Source: an uncultured Chitinophagaceae bacterium
GTDB taxonomy: Bacteria > Planctomycetota > Planctomycetia > Pirellulales > UBA1268
Reading direction: 5' to 3'
Assembly: GCA_964600785.1 (NCBI GenBank)
Contig: CAZRKH010000091.1
Span: 9,037-73,036, forward strand
DNA length: 64,000 nucleotides
A program made the position numbers and the translations under genes. Below the pieces are notes generated by a model. It had not been told where the DNA came from, made no database searches, and saw only the letters and a list, made by a program, of their open reading frames with translations. Positions 51,658 to 62,538 of the stretch are shown one piece after another. Numbering within the stretch: the first letter of the stretch is position 1; every line of letters starts with the position of its first letter.

Positions 51658-52209
51658 TCACTCCCGGGGGTGAGCCTGCCGCCACTCTCTCGGTGGGATC
51701 GGATCGTCCGCCGCCCACAGCCCGCGTCGGCCGCGGCGGGCCTGGCGTTCGGCGGCCAGCAGATCGCCGTCGGGAGCGTAGCCGTCAAAGACCCAGGCGT
51801 GGCCCTCGGCGACCATGCGGCGATTGATGTTGTCGCCCTCCAACCAGAGCGTGCCCAGCAGCCGCCCGAAGCGATCGCGGGCCTTCCCCTCCACGCCCAC
51901 GCGGCGGCCCCCGACCGCCCGCTCGAGGGCCGCGGTCGCCGCCCGGCCGTGGGGCTGGGCAAACTCCGGGGCGTCAATGCCCTTCAGACGAATCTTCGTC
52001 TCGCGACCCAGCGAATCGCGGCAGGTGACGGTATCGCCATCGTGCACGATCGCCACCTGCCATGTGGCGAGGCCTGCCGGAGCCGCAGGCGGGCTGAAGC
52101 CGAACCGTTCGCGGCACTCCCCCAAAAGCGAGGCGGCCGCGACGAGAAGCGCCACGAAAATTCCACCCGGCCCAAGGCCGCGTGGAAGCCGGATCGTTCG
52201 CCCAGGCAT
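51658..52209 (-). CDS. thermonuclease (staphylococcal nuclease, SNase) family protein
   Basis: ..VHDGDTVTC......[11 protein letters not shown]...P.G..A......V....V........DRFGRLLG.....G.NIN..MV..G.AW are SNase OB-fold catalytic motifs. ATG at 52209 with a signal/TM. Confidence 0.8.
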   Translation of the reverse strand: MPGRTIRLPRGLGPGGIFVALLVAAASLLGECRERFGFSPPAAPAGLATWQVAIVHDGDTVTCRDSLGRETKIRLKGIDAPEFAQPHGRAATAALERAVGGRRVGVEGKARDRFGRLLGTLWLEGDNINRRMVAEGHAWVFDGYAPDGDLLAAERQARRGRRGLWAADDPIPPREWRQAHPRE

Positions 52210-52336
52210 CGCTGCTGCCGCTCCTGCGGGTTCGTCTCGCACTTGTTCGCCGCCAGCCGGCTTCCGATACTCACGGTGTTCGTGGCGGGCCTTGCAGCCG
52301 TTGCCTGCCGAGCCCGCAGCCCGCCAAGGAGCCCGC

Positions 52337-54340
52337 ATGCCCACCGTTCGCCTTGCCGACCGATCTCCTCGAGATTACCCGGCGGGTTGCCGGGTTGCCG
52401 ACTGCCTCGCTGACCTGCCTCAGAAGCCGGGACCGATCGCCGCGGTGCTCGATGGCAAGACGGTCGGCCTCGATGCCCCCGTGCCGGAGGGCGTGGCGAC
52501 CATCGAGCCGCTGTATGCGGGCGACTCGCGGGCCCTGCCGGTGATGCGGCATTCCGCGGCCCACGTGATGGCCCGGGCGGTGATGCGGCTGTTCGACGGC
52601 GTTGAACTGGCCTTCGGGCCGACGGTGGGCGAGGGCTTTTACTACGACATGCGGGCACAGCAGCCGATCACCGAGGACGACCTGCCGCGGATCGAGGAGG
52701 AGATGCGGAAGATCATCGAGGCCGACGAGGCCTTCGAGCGGCTGGAGTTGGGCCGTGAGGAGGCGATCGGCGTCGTCCGCGATCTCCATCAGCCGTTGAA
52801 GGTGGAGCACATCGAGACCGGCCTGGCCGATCATCCCACGCTCTCGTTTTACCGGCAGGGCGAGTTTCTCGACCTCTGTCGCGGGCCCCACGTGCCCGGC
52901 CCTGGCTGCATCGCTGCGTTCAAGCTCACGAGCCTCGCCGGGGCCTACTGGAAAGGGGATGCCAGCCGCGAGCAGCTGCAGCGTCTCTACGGCACGGCCT
53001 GGTTCTCCCAGGAGGATCTCGACGCCTACCTCGCCCGGCTTGAAGAGGCCCGCAAGCGGGACCACCGCCTGCTTGGCAAGCAGCTCGACCTGTTCACCAC
53101 CAGCCCCCTGGTCGGCTCGGGGCTCGTGCTCTGGATGCCCAAGGGGGCCACGATCCGCGGCGTGCTCGAGGGCTTCGTGCGGGAGGAGCTTGCCCGGCGG
53201 GGCTACGAGCCCGTCTACACGCCCCACATCGGCAAGGTCGATCTCTACAAGATCTCGGGCCACTATCCCTACTACGCCGAGAGCCAGTTTCGGCCGATTC
53301 TGCAGTCGGAGGACGAGCAGTATCTGCTCAAGCCGATGAACTGCCCGCACCACACGATGATCTACAAGGCCCGGCCCCGCAGCTACCGCGACCTGCCGCT
53401 GCGGCTGGCGGGGGTTGGGACGGGCTATCGCTACGAACAGTCGGGGGAGCTTGGCGGCATGACCCGGGTTCGTGGCTTCACCCAGGACGACGCCCACATC
53501 TTTTGCACGCCCGAGCAGGTCGAACAGGAGGTGGCCGGCTGCATCGAGTTCACCCTCGCGGTGCTCGAGAGCCTGGCCTTTGACAACTTCCGGGTGCGGC
53601 TGGGATTTCGCGATCCCGCCGAGGACAAGTATGTCGGGCCGCCGGAGCGGTGGGACGAGGCGGAGGCCGCGATCGAGCGTGTGGCCCGCCGCATGAAACT
53701 TCCCGGCTGCGAGCCTGAGCCGGGGGAGGCGGCCTTCTACGGGCCCAAGATCGACTTTGTGGTGGCCGATTCGCTCGGCCGCGAGTGGCAGCTCGGCACA
53801 GTGCAGCTCGACTACAACCTGCCGAGCCCGGAGCGGTTTGGCCTGGAATACGTCGGGGCCGACAACGGCCGCCACACGCCGGTCATGATCCACCGGGCGC
53901 CGCTGGGCAGCCTGGAGCGGTTCGTGGGGGTGCTGATCGAGCACTTTGCGGGGGCTTTCCCGCTGTGGTTGGCACCGGAGCAGGTGCGGGTGATTCCGGT
54001 GAGTGCCAAGAGCGAGGACTATGCCCGCCGCATCAAGGCGAGGCTCGAGGAGGCGGGTCTGCGGGCCACGGTCGATCTCGCCGCGGAGAAACTTGGTGCG
54101 AAGATTCGCCAGGCACAGCTGGAGCTCGTGCCGATGATGGCCGTGTGCGGTCCCCGCGACGAGGCGGCCGGCACGGTCAGCCTTCGCGACCGCGTCGAGG
54201 GGGATCTCGGGGCGATGCCGCTGGAAGAGGCGGTCATGCAGCTGGTCGACGAGGTGGCCCGTCGGGCGGTGCGACACAAGCCCAAGCCGTTGGATGTTCG
54301 CCCCGCGGTGCCCGCAGCCGCCGGTGGCGGGGACTACTGA
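52337..54340 (+). CDS. thrS: threonine--tRNA ligase
   Basis: The ATG at 52337 is preceded by AAGGAG. It has a TGS domain, an editing-domain HxxxH (RHSAAHVMA), class II motifs (..MNCPHH.., ..[26 protein letters not shown].., ..GTVQLDY..) and an anticodon-binding domain. Confidence 0.95.
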   Translation: MPTVRLADRSPRDYPAGCRVADCLADLPQKPGPIAAVLDGKTVGLDAPVPEGVATIEPLYAGDSRALPVMRHSAAHVMARAVMRLFDGVELAFGPTVGEGFYYDMRAQQPITEDDLPRIEEEMRKIIEADEAFERLELGREEAIGVVRDLHQPLKVEHIETGLADHPTLSFYRQGEFLDLCRGPHVPGPGCIAAFKLTSLAGAYWKGDASREQLQRLYGTAWFSQEDLDAYLARLEEARKRDHRLLGKQLDLFTTSPLVGSGLVLWMPKGATIRGVLEGFVREELARRGYEPVYTPHIGKVDLYKISGHYPYYAESQFRPILQSEDEQYLLKPMNCPHHTMIYKARPRSYRDLPLRLAGVGTGYRYEQSGELGGMTRVRGFTQDDAHIFCTPEQVEQEVAGCIEFTLAVLESLAFDNFRVRLGFRDPAEDKYVGPPERWDEAEAAIERVARRMKLPGCEPEPGEAAFYGPKIDFVVADSLGREWQLGTVQLDYNLPSPERFGLEYVGADNGRHTPVMIHRAPLGSLERFVGVLIEHFAGAFPLWLAPEQVRVIPVSAKSEDYARRIKARLEEAGLRATVDLAAEKLGAKIRQAQLELVPMMAVCGPRDEAAGTVSLRDRVEGDLGAMPLEEAVMQLVDEVARRAVRHKPKPLDVRPAVPAAAGGGDY

Positions 54341-54348
54341 GTTCGGCC

Positions 54349-54708
54349 ATGCCCCGCTTTGTCCTGCTCGAGCACGTGGGGGCCCCGGACGATCCCGCCG
54401 GCCGGCACTTCGATCTTCTCCTCGAGGAGGGCCAGGCCTGCCGCAGCTGGCGACTGGCAGCGATTCCCGCAGCAGGGCATCCGGTCGCGGCAGTGGGCCT
54501 CCAGCCGCATCGGCTGGCCTGGCTCGATCACGTCGCGGGGCCGGTCTCTGGTGGCCGCGGCCATGCCCGGCGGGTCGACGCGGGCAGCTACGAGGTCGTC
54601 AAGAGCGATGAGCCCTCCGGGCGGCTGTGCGTCGTGCTCGGCGGCAGCCTCCTTGGCGGCCGGCTCACGATCGCCGGTGGCGAGGCCACGCTCGAGACTG
54701 TGGTCTAG
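54349..54708 (+). CDS. stand-alone LigD 3'-phosphoesterase-like domain protein (LigD_N/PF13298-type)
   Basis: MPRFVLLEHVGAPDDPAGRHFDLLLE......WRL..........A..L.PHRLAWLDH.G.VSGGRG...RVD.G.Y is the typical core of the DNA ligase D phosphoesterase module. Confidence 0.65.
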   Translation: MPRFVLLEHVGAPDDPAGRHFDLLLEEGQACRSWRLAAIPAAGHPVAAVGLQPHRLAWLDHVAGPVSGGRGHARRVDAGSYEVVKSDEPSGRLCVVLGGSLLGGRLTIAGGEATLETVV

Positions 54709-54732
54709 GCCGGGAAGCGTCGCGGCCGCGTG

Positions 54733-54768
54733 GAAAAATCGCTCCCGTCCCCATTTTTTTGGGGGGGT
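54733..54768 (+). repeat. 36-bp mini-repeat (family B) between convergent genes
   Basis: gaaaaatcgctcccgtccccatttttttgggggggt is identical to 57913-57948. Its last base is the first base of the stop codon triplet of the minus-strand gene. Confidence 0.9.
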
Positions 54769-56303
54769 CAGCCGATCTCGCCCTGGTCGAGGCAGTAGTC
54801 GATCAGGGCCTCGCGGGTGCCGATCGGAATTGTCTTTCGCTTCGCTTCGGCCGACTCCAGCAGCCGGCGGAGCTTGAGGTACCGACGGCCCCCTGACTGG
54901 GCGTCGTAACTGTTGAAGGCGATCCGGAACCGCCGCTCGGGGTCGACCGGCTTGCCGGCAAAGAGAAACCGTTCGGGCCGGCCCTGGGGGTCGAGCGAAA
55001 TCTCGAAGGGCCACAGCGTCCGGTCCGACCGCCGCACGTCGGCATCCTCACGAACCACGTCCACCAGCTGCCGGCCGGTCAGCTCGGCAACGACCAGCGT
55101 GTTTTCATAGGGAATGATCTTCCAGCAATCGGCCACCGTCAGTTCGCCGGCGGGGATCGTGCCGGTGCCGAAGGAGCCGTGGAAGACCCCGTTGACCGGA
55201 GCCTTCTGCTTGGCAAGTGCCGCCGCGAAGGCTTCGCACAACAGCACCACCAGCGGGCAGCCACGGCCGCGGGCGGTGATCGGACCGGCCACCCGGCAGA
55301 CGGTGCGGGCCAGCTCGGCATCAGAGGCCGCCAGCGCCGGCTCGGCCAGCTGCATCACCAGCGGGTCGGGCTCGAAGCGGTCGTCCATCAGGATCGTGAA
55401 GGCCTGCCGCTGCACCAGCTTGCGGCTGGCGGTGTCGAAGGTGAGGTCGACCCGTCCGCAGTGGATGCCGAAGTAGCTCGCCTGTGAACAGAGCGTGTCG
55501 TGGAGCATCCAGGAGGGCTGGTTTTGGTGGGAGTGGCCGGCGAGGTAGATGTCGACATCGTCGGTCTCGCGGAGAATTTCACGGACGGGATTGGCATAGT
55601 CATCCTGGAACCGCCAGCCCATGTGGCCGGTCACGACCACGGCGTCGGCCCCCTCGCCGCGGGCCTCGCGGACCGCCGTGGCGAGGGCCTTGGCCGGATC
55701 GGTCGGCTCGATGCCGCCGAGCAATGCCGGAGGCAGCCAGTAGGGGAGCCCCGGTGTGACAAGCCCCACGACGGCGATCTTGAAACCACCGACATCGTGC
55801 ATCCGCCAGGGGCGAATCTTTTCCCAGGCTCCATCAAACTCGCCGGCTGTTCGCTCTCCGCGGCGGAGGTTGCCGGTGAGCACTGCCGGCTTGGACGCGG
55901 CAAGGTTGGCCTCGAGTACCTCCGGGCCCCAGTCGAAGTCGTGGTTGCCGAGCGTCCAGGCGTCGTAGCCGAGTCGGCCGAGCAGGTCGACCATCAGGCT
56001 CCCCTTGGTGGCGTGGCTGGCAGGCGTGCCCTGATAGAGGTCGCCGACGTCAAGGGTCAGTGAATCAGGCAGGGCCTTCCGCCAGCCGCGGATGCAGCTG
56101 GCACAGCGGGCGAAGCCGCCCACGTCGGACAGGCCGTCGTAGGTTTTTGTAGGCCGGATGTGGCCGTGGAGATCGGTGGTGTGGAAGATCGAGATTGTCG
56201 TGGCCCGGCCACGCTCCGCGGCCACGCTCGCGGCGGGCCACGCGGCGGCGGTGGCGGCGGCGGTCGAGCCGAGGAGGAACGATCGGCGTGAAAGCTCCGG
56301 CAT
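54768..56303 (-). CDS. Tat-exported bifunctional metallophosphatase/5'-nucleotidase
   Basis: The ATG at 56303 gives [23 protein letters not shown] (twin-arginine signal). Motifs are ..FHTTDLHGH.., ..DVGDLYQG.., ..LGNHDFDWG.. and ..TGHMG... The C-terminal domain is 5'-nucleotidase-type. Confidence 0.85.
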   Translation of the reverse strand: MPELSRRSFLLGSTAAATAAAWPAASVAAERGRATTISIFHTTDLHGHIRPTKTYDGLSDVGGFARCASCIRGWRKALPDSLTLDVGDLYQGTPASHATKGSLMVDLLGRLGYDAWTLGNHDFDWGPEVLEANLAASKPAVLTGNLRRGERTAGEFDGAWEKIRPWRMHDVGGFKIAVVGLVTPGLPYWLPPALLGGIEPTDPAKALATAVREARGEGADAVVVTGHMGWRFQDDYANPVREILRETDDVDIYLAGHSHQNQPSWMLHDTLCSQASYFGIHCGRVDLTFDTASRKLVQRQAFTILMDDRFEPDPLVMQLAEPALAASDAELARTVCRVAGPITARGRGCPLVVLLCEAFAAALAKQKAPVNGVFHGSFGTGTIPAGELTVADCWKIIPYENTLVVAELTGRQLVDVVREDADVRRSDRTLWPFEISLDPQGRPERFLFAGKPVDPERRFRIAFNSYDAQSGGRRYLKLRRLLESAEAKRKTIPIGTREALIDYCLDQGEIG

Positions 56304-56490
56304 CGGTAAGAACCCTTCGCGAACTCGTTTGGGCCGGAACGGGACCGGTCCGTCCGGTCTGGCCGAGGTGGATGGCCTCCGGAGAGCGTATAGTACCCGC
56401 TGGAGGCCGGGATGCCCGGCGAATTTATTGATTTCTGACACGCATTCGCGGCCGGTGTGCCGCGGTGGCAGCCCCGAGGAGTCGCCGTCG

Positions 56491-57903
<1,413 letters not shown>

Positions 57904-57912
57904 ACCCCCGCT

Positions 57913-57948
57913 GAAAAATCGCTCCCGTCCCCATTTTTTTGGGGGGGT
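57913..57948 (+). repeat. 36-bp mini-repeat (family B) between convergent genes
   Basis: Identical to 54733-54768. It sits between the glnA stop (57901-57903) and the stop of the minus-strand SDR gene (57948-57950). Confidence 0.9.
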
Positions 57949-58721
57949 TACCAGACGGTTTTGCCGCCGTTGACGGCGATTGTCTGGCCGGTCACGAAGG
58001 CCGCCTCGTCGCTCGCGAGATAGGTCACCGCCCAGCCGACATCCTCCGGCGTGCCCCAGCGACCCATCGGCACGCTTGCCAGGTAGGCATCCTTCATCGC
58101 CTGCGGATCCTTCTCGTGCCGTTCGACCGGAACCCAGCCGGGAGCCACCATGTTGACGGTGATTCCGTGGGGTGCCAGTTCGTTGGCCATGCTCCGCGAC
58201 CAGCCGGTCTGGCCCCCCTTGGCCGCCACATAGGCGGAGAAGGGAGCCACGCCGAGCAGGAAGACCTCGCTGGTGATGTTCACAAACCGGCCGTGGCCGC
58301 GGGCCTTCATCGAGGGCAACGCCCGGCGGGCAAGCAGGTACGGGCTCTTCACGAAAAAGTCGAGCATCTGCTGGTAGAAGGCCCAGTCGTAGTCCTCGAT
58401 CGGCTTGAGCGGCTGGTCGGGCGTGGCGTTGGCGACCACGATATCGACCGGTCCGAGCGAGCCCTCGGCCGCCGTGAAGATCGCGTCGACACCAGCCTCG
58501 GTGGAGGCATCGCCGTGGGCGAGCGTGGCGGTGATCCCCTCGGACTCCAGTTCGGCAAGGGTGGCCTCCCCCCGCTCCCGCGAGTTGAAATAGTTGATTG
58601 CGACCCGGGCTCCGGCCCGGCCCAGGCAGCGGGCGGTGGCCCGGCCGAGCCCCTTGGAGGAGCCGGTCACGACGGCCACGCGGCCGGCGAGCGAGAAGGG
58701 GATTGCGGCGGGTTGGGACAT
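57948..58721 (-). CDS. SDR-family oxidoreductase (FabG-like)
   Basis: Cofactor motif TGSSKGLGRA. Catalytic S...YVAAK (SAYVAAKGG). ..GITVNMVAPG... 257 aa. Confidence 0.9.
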   Translation of the reverse strand: MSQPAAIPFSLAGRVAVVTGSSKGLGRATARCLGRAGARVAINYFNSRERGEATLAELESEGITATLAHGDASTEAGVDAIFTAAEGSLGPVDIVVANATPDQPLKPIEDYDWAFYQQMLDFFVKSPYLLARRALPSMKARGHGRFVNITSEVFLLGVAPFSAYVAAKGGQTGWSRSMANELAPHGITVNMVAPGWVPVERHEKDPQAMKDAYLASVPMGRWGTPEDVGWAVTYLASDEAAFVTGQTIAVNGGKTVW

Positions 58722-58772
58722 CAGTGTCTCCGGGGTTGTGTTGAGCGTTTCGGACCGAGTCGCGACGGCGTG

Positions 58773-59942
58773 TCAGCGAACCGCCGGGGCCCACGCCTCG
58801 GTCAGGTGGTGGATGATGCCCGCCACCGCCCCTTGCCGTTTGCTCGAACGGGTGGGGGTGATCGTGCAGTCGGCAAGCGATGCGGTCAACGTCCGCTGGC
58901 GGACCCGCTCGAGCACCGGGGCAAACCGCTCCGGCGACCCTGGCAGGAGCCTGCCGTGCACGAACAGGGCCGTGGGGTTGAAGGTGTTGATCACCGCGGC
59001 GATGGCGATGGCGAGGTATTCGCCGACCGTGCCGACCGGGCCGGTGAAATCGGCCGGTCGCTCCGCGAGCAGGGTCTCGACGGCGTCCACGTCGAGCCGC
59101 CGCCCCTCCTGCTGCGACACCATCCGCACGACCGCCGCATCGGTGGCAAGCGTTTCGAGGCAGCCGCGATTGCCGCAGCCGCAGCGCTCGCCGGCGGGCA
59201 TGACCGTGATGTGCCCGATCTCTCCCGCCATGCCGCTGTGGCCACCGAGGAGTTCGCCGCCGCTCATCACGCCCAGCCCCAGCCCTGCGGCCACGTCGAG
59301 CATCGCAAAGTCGTCCAGCCCCCGAGCCTCGCCGCAGAGCCGCTCGGCCAGGCAGAGGCCGTCGGTCTCCTGAAGCAGACGACAGTTGACACCCAGCCTG
59401 TCCTCGAGATCACGGGCCGGGTTCCGCTTGTCGAGGATGTGGAGGTTGGGCGAGAAGACGATCTCCGCAAGTCGCTTGTTGACAAGCCCCGGCACGCTGA
59501 CCCCGACTCCCAGTGGCGGGGCGGCCGTCAGATCGAGCAGATCACGACATTCGCGGGTGATCCGGTCGAGGAGCCTGTCGTAGTCAACCGGTGTGGCAAA
59601 GCGACGGGTGTCGTCGTCGCAGACCTTGCCGTCAAGACCGGCGGCCACGACGCAGCAGGTCGTGGCATCGATCACCACGCCGAGCACGGTCGCGGTGTCG
59701 GACGCCATTCGCACCAGCCGTCCGGGCCGGCCGAGCGTGGGCACGACCGGGTCGAGCTCCTCGAGGAGCCCGTGCTTGAGCAGCGAATCGATGGCCTTGG
59801 AGACCGTGGGTGCAGTCAGCCCCGAGGCCCGCGTCAGCATCGCTCGCGATGCCGGCCCCTGCTGCTGGATCACTTCGAGCAATCGCCGTTCGTTGATCCG
59901 GCGAAGCAGCGTCGACTCGATGCGGTTGTTCGTCAGGGGCAT
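58773..59942 (-). CDS. ROK-family transcriptional regulator (NagC/XylR-like)
   Basis: An N-terminal winged HTH (..LLEVIQQQGPASRAMLTRASGLTAPTVSKAIDSLLKHGLL..) plus a ROK sugar-kinase-like domain with the zinc motif GHITVMPAGERCGCGNRGCLE. ATG at 59942; the track ORF begins at a TTG at 59960. Confidence 0.8.
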   Translation of the reverse strand: MPLTNNRIESTLLRRINERRLLEVIQQQGPASRAMLTRASGLTAPTVSKAIDSLLKHGLLEELDPVVPTLGRPGRLVRMASDTATVLGVVIDATTCCVVAAGLDGKVCDDDTRRFATPVDYDRLLDRITRECRDLLDLTAAPPLGVGVSVPGLVNKRLAEIVFSPNLHILDKRNPARDLEDRLGVNCRLLQETDGLCLAERLCGEARGLDDFAMLDVAAGLGLGVMSGGELLGGHSGMAGEIGHITVMPAGERCGCGNRGCLETLATDAAVVRMVSQQEGRRLDVDAVETLLAERPADFTGPVGTVGEYLAIAIAAVINTFNPTALFVHGRLLPGSPERFAPVLERVRQRTLTASLADCTITPTRSSKRQGAVAGIIHHLTEAWAPAVR

Positions 59943-59960
59943 GAACGGGGCATGAAACAA

Positions 59961-60010
59961 GTCAGCTTTCGAGTCAGCTTTCGAGCCGAGAACCCTTCGC
60001 CACCGGTGGC
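59961..60010. promoter_or_regulatory. operator-like elements: tandem GTCAGCTTTCGA x2 and palindrome GCCACCGGTGGC
   Basis: The direct 12-mers are at 59961-59972 and 59973-59984. The perfect 12-bp palindrome is at 59999-60010. All lie in the divergent ROK-regulator / PSD1 intergenic region. Confidence 0.3.
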
Positions 60011-60033
60011 GACATCCCCGGCAAAGCCATGCG

Positions 60034-60061
60034 TTGCCATTTATTTAGCGTCGTTTAGAAT
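60034..60061 (+). promoter_or_regulatory. sigma70-like promoter candidate
   Basis: TTGCCA (60034-60039), a 16-nt spacer and TAGAAT (60056-60061), in an AT-rich patch 60 nt upstream of the ATG at 60122. Confidence 0.25.
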
Positions 60062-60121
60062 ACAAGGACGAAGTGCGACACGACAACCGCCTCCCGCGGT
60101 TTTCACTCCGGCTCCGGATCA

Positions 60122-62494
60122 ATGCATCGCTCGGCGACATCGTTGCGACTGCTGATGGCCGCCGCCTGTCTGTGGCCGGCGGCGGGCGTTGCGGCAGCGA
60201 GCGACTTCGCCCGTGATATCCAGCCGCTGCTCGCCCGACGCTGCTATGCCTGCCACGGCCCCGAGACCCAGGAGGCGGGCCTGCGGCTCGACGACCCGGC
60301 TGCGGCAACCGCCGAACTCGACAGCGGCATGCGGGCGATCGTGCCGGGCGACGCCGCCGGGAGTGAACTGCTGGTGCGAATCAGCTCCGGAGATCCCGAC
60401 GTGCGGATGCCGCCGGAGGGGCCACGGCTCAAGGCCGAAGAGATTGCCGCTCTCGAACAGTGGATCGTCGCCGGCGGCCAGTGGGAGGCCCACTGGGCAT
60501 TTCGACCGCTCGAGCGGCCTCAGCCTCCGGCAACCCCCGGGAAGCCGTCGGCCAATCCGGTCGATGCGTTCATCGACGCGGGGCTGGCTGCCCGCGGACT
60601 GGCCCGCTCGGGCGAGGCCGACAAGGCGACGCTTCTGCGGCGGGCCAGCTATTCCGTGACCGGCCTGCCTCCCAGCGAACAGGAGATGCATGACTTTCTG
60701 GCCGACGACTCCGCCACGGCCTGGGAAACGGTCGTTGATCGGCTGCTCGCCTCTCCGCATTACGGCGAACACTGGGCCCGTCATTGGCTCGATCTCGTCC
60801 GCTACGCCGAGACCAACTCCTTCGAACGCGACGGCGTCAAGCCCCATGCCTGGCGGTATCGCGACTACGTGATCCGGGCCCTCAACGACGACAAGCCCTA
60901 CGACCGGTTCGTGATCGAGCAGCTTGCCGGCGACGAACTGGCCGAGCCCACCGCCGACTCGCTCGTCGCCACCGGCTACTACCGGCTCGGCCTCTGGGAC
61001 GACGAGCCGGCCGACAAGCTTCAGGCACGCTACGACGACCTCGACGACCTCGTCTCGACAACCGGGCAGGTGTTCCTGGGCCTCACGATCAACTGTGCCC
61101 GCTGTCATGATCACAAGATCGATCCGATTTCGCAGCGTGACTACTACGCGATGCTGGCGTTCTTCAACAACGTCACGCCGATGGGTGGCCGGCAGATGAA
61201 CCCCGCCTTCATCGAGCGGCCGCTGCCGATCGAAGGGAGCACGCCGGCTGCGGCCCGCCATGCCGTCGAAGAACGCAATCGTCGCCTGGCCGAGGCCAAG
61301 GCCGCCATCGCCGCGATCAACAAGCGAATCGAGGAGCATGGCGAGCAGGCGCTCGACGACCTCGCCCGCCGGGACCTGGCCGGCTGGAAAAAAACGCTCG
61401 CTGATCTCGAGGCGGCAACCGCCCGCCAGCCCAAGGCGCTGGTGGTGAGTGAATACGGTTCGACCCCACCGGAGACGTTTGTCCTCGCCCGCGGCAATCC
61501 CCACGCCGACAAGCTGCCCGAGGGGCGGGTGGAGCCGGCCTTTCCCGAGGTCCTCGAGCCGCCTGACCCGCAGATCGCCGCCCCGGCCGACGGCAGATCG
61601 ACCGGCCGTCGGCTGGCCCTGGCCCGCTGGATCGCCTCGCCCGAGAACCCGCTGACCGCCCGTGTCGTGGCCAATCGGGTCTGGCAGCATCACTTTGGCC
61701 GGGGCATCGTCCGCAGCCCCAACAACTTCGGCCTGATGGGCGACCCGCCGACCCACCCCGAGCTGCTCGACTGGCTGGCCACCGAACTGATTGCAGGAGG
61801 CTGGCGGCTCAAGCCGCTCCACAAAACGATCCTCATGTCGCGGGCCTACCGTGCGTCGTCCCGGGCGGTTGCAGAATCGCTTGCCGCCGACCCGCTCAAC
61901 GACGCCTGCTGGCGATTCGACATGCGTCGGCTGGCCGCCGAGGAGCTTCGCGACTCGATTCATGTCGCCAGTGGGGCCTTCAACCCGAAGATGTTCGGCC
62001 CTGGCGTCTACCCCGAACTGCCCGCGGCCGTGCTGGCCACCCAGTCGCGGCCCGGCGACGGCTGGGGGAGTTCGCCGCCGGCCGAGCAGGCCCGCCGCAG
62101 CATCTACATCCACGTCAAGCGGTCGCTGCTGACGCCGATCCTCACGAGCTTCGACCTCGCCGATACCGACACGGCATGCCCGGTGCGGTTTGTCACCACC
62201 CAGCCAACCCAGGCCCTCGGCATGATCAACGGCGGGTTTCTCCATCGGCAGGCCAGGGTCTTCGCCGACCGCGTGCGGCGGGAGGTGGGCGGGCCGGACG
62301 CCGACCAGACCGAGGCGATGGTCCGCCGCGCGATCGAGCTGGCGCTCGTGCGGCCGGCGAGTGACACGGAGGTCAGCCGCGGCGTCGCCCTGATCGATGA
62401 ACTCGAAGCCACCGATGGTGTCGGCCCCGGACGGTCCTTTGAGCTCTACTGCCTGATGGTCCTCAACCTCAACGAGTTTGTTTACCTCGACTGA
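60122..62494 (+). CDS. PSCyt1/PSCyt2/PSD1 (planctomycete cytochrome c, DUF1549, DUF1553) domain protein
   Basis: Signal peptide. ..IQPLLARRCYACHGPETQEAGLRLD.. (PSCyt1 CxxCH), ..HWAF.P.. (DUF1549) and C-terminal ..FDL.D......R..T.TP.QAL..MN.. (DUF1553/PSD1). 790 aa. Confidence 0.9.
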   Translation: MHRSATSLRLLMAAACLWPAAGVAAASDFARDIQPLLARRCYACHGPETQEAGLRLDDPAAATAELDSGMRAIVPGDAAGSELLVRISSGDPDVRMPPEGPRLKAEEIAALEQWIVAGGQWEAHWAFRPLERPQPPATPGKPSANPVDAFIDAGLAARGLARSGEADKATLLRRASYSVTGLPPSEQEMHDFLADDSATAWETVVDRLLASPHYGEHWARHWLDLVRYAETNSFERDGVKPHAWRYRDYVIRALNDDKPYDRFVIEQLAGDELAEPTADSLVATGYYRLGLWDDEPADKLQARYDDLDDLVSTTGQVFLGLTINCARCHDHKIDPISQRDYYAMLAFFNNVTPMGGRQMNPAFIERPLPIEGSTPAAARHAVEERNRRLAEAKAAIAAINKRIEEHGEQALDDLARRDLAGWKKTLADLEAATARQPKALVVSEYGSTPPETFVLARGNPHADKLPEGRVEPAFPEVLEPPDPQIAAPADGRSTGRRLALARWIASPENPLTARVVANRVWQHHFGRGIVRSPNNFGLMGDPPTHPELLDWLATELIAGGWRLKPLHKTILMSRAYRASSRAVAESLAADPLNDACWRFDMRRLAAEELRDSIHVASGAFNPKMFGPGVYPELPAAVLATQSRPGDGWGSSPPAEQARRSIYIHVKRSLLTPILTSFDLADTDTACPVRFVTTQPTQALGMINGGFLHRQARVFADRVRREVGGPDADQTEAMVRRAIELALVRPASDTEVSRGVALIDELEATDGVGPGRSFELYCLMVLNLNEFVYLD

Positions 62495-62538
62495 ACCGCC
62501 CCGCGTCGGCCCCTCGCCCACCGTTGGAGACTCGCGTC

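Noticed and set aside
52271-54277. 668-aa minus-strand ORF
   Set aside because: It is the antisense shadow of thrS.
56374-56408. Hairpin GGCCTCC-N21-GGAGGCC in the glnA 5' region, a possible glutamine riboswitch or leader
   Set aside because: I cannot recognise the conserved glnA-RNA motif features by eye. A single 7-bp stem in GC-rich DNA is not significant without a covariance-model hit.
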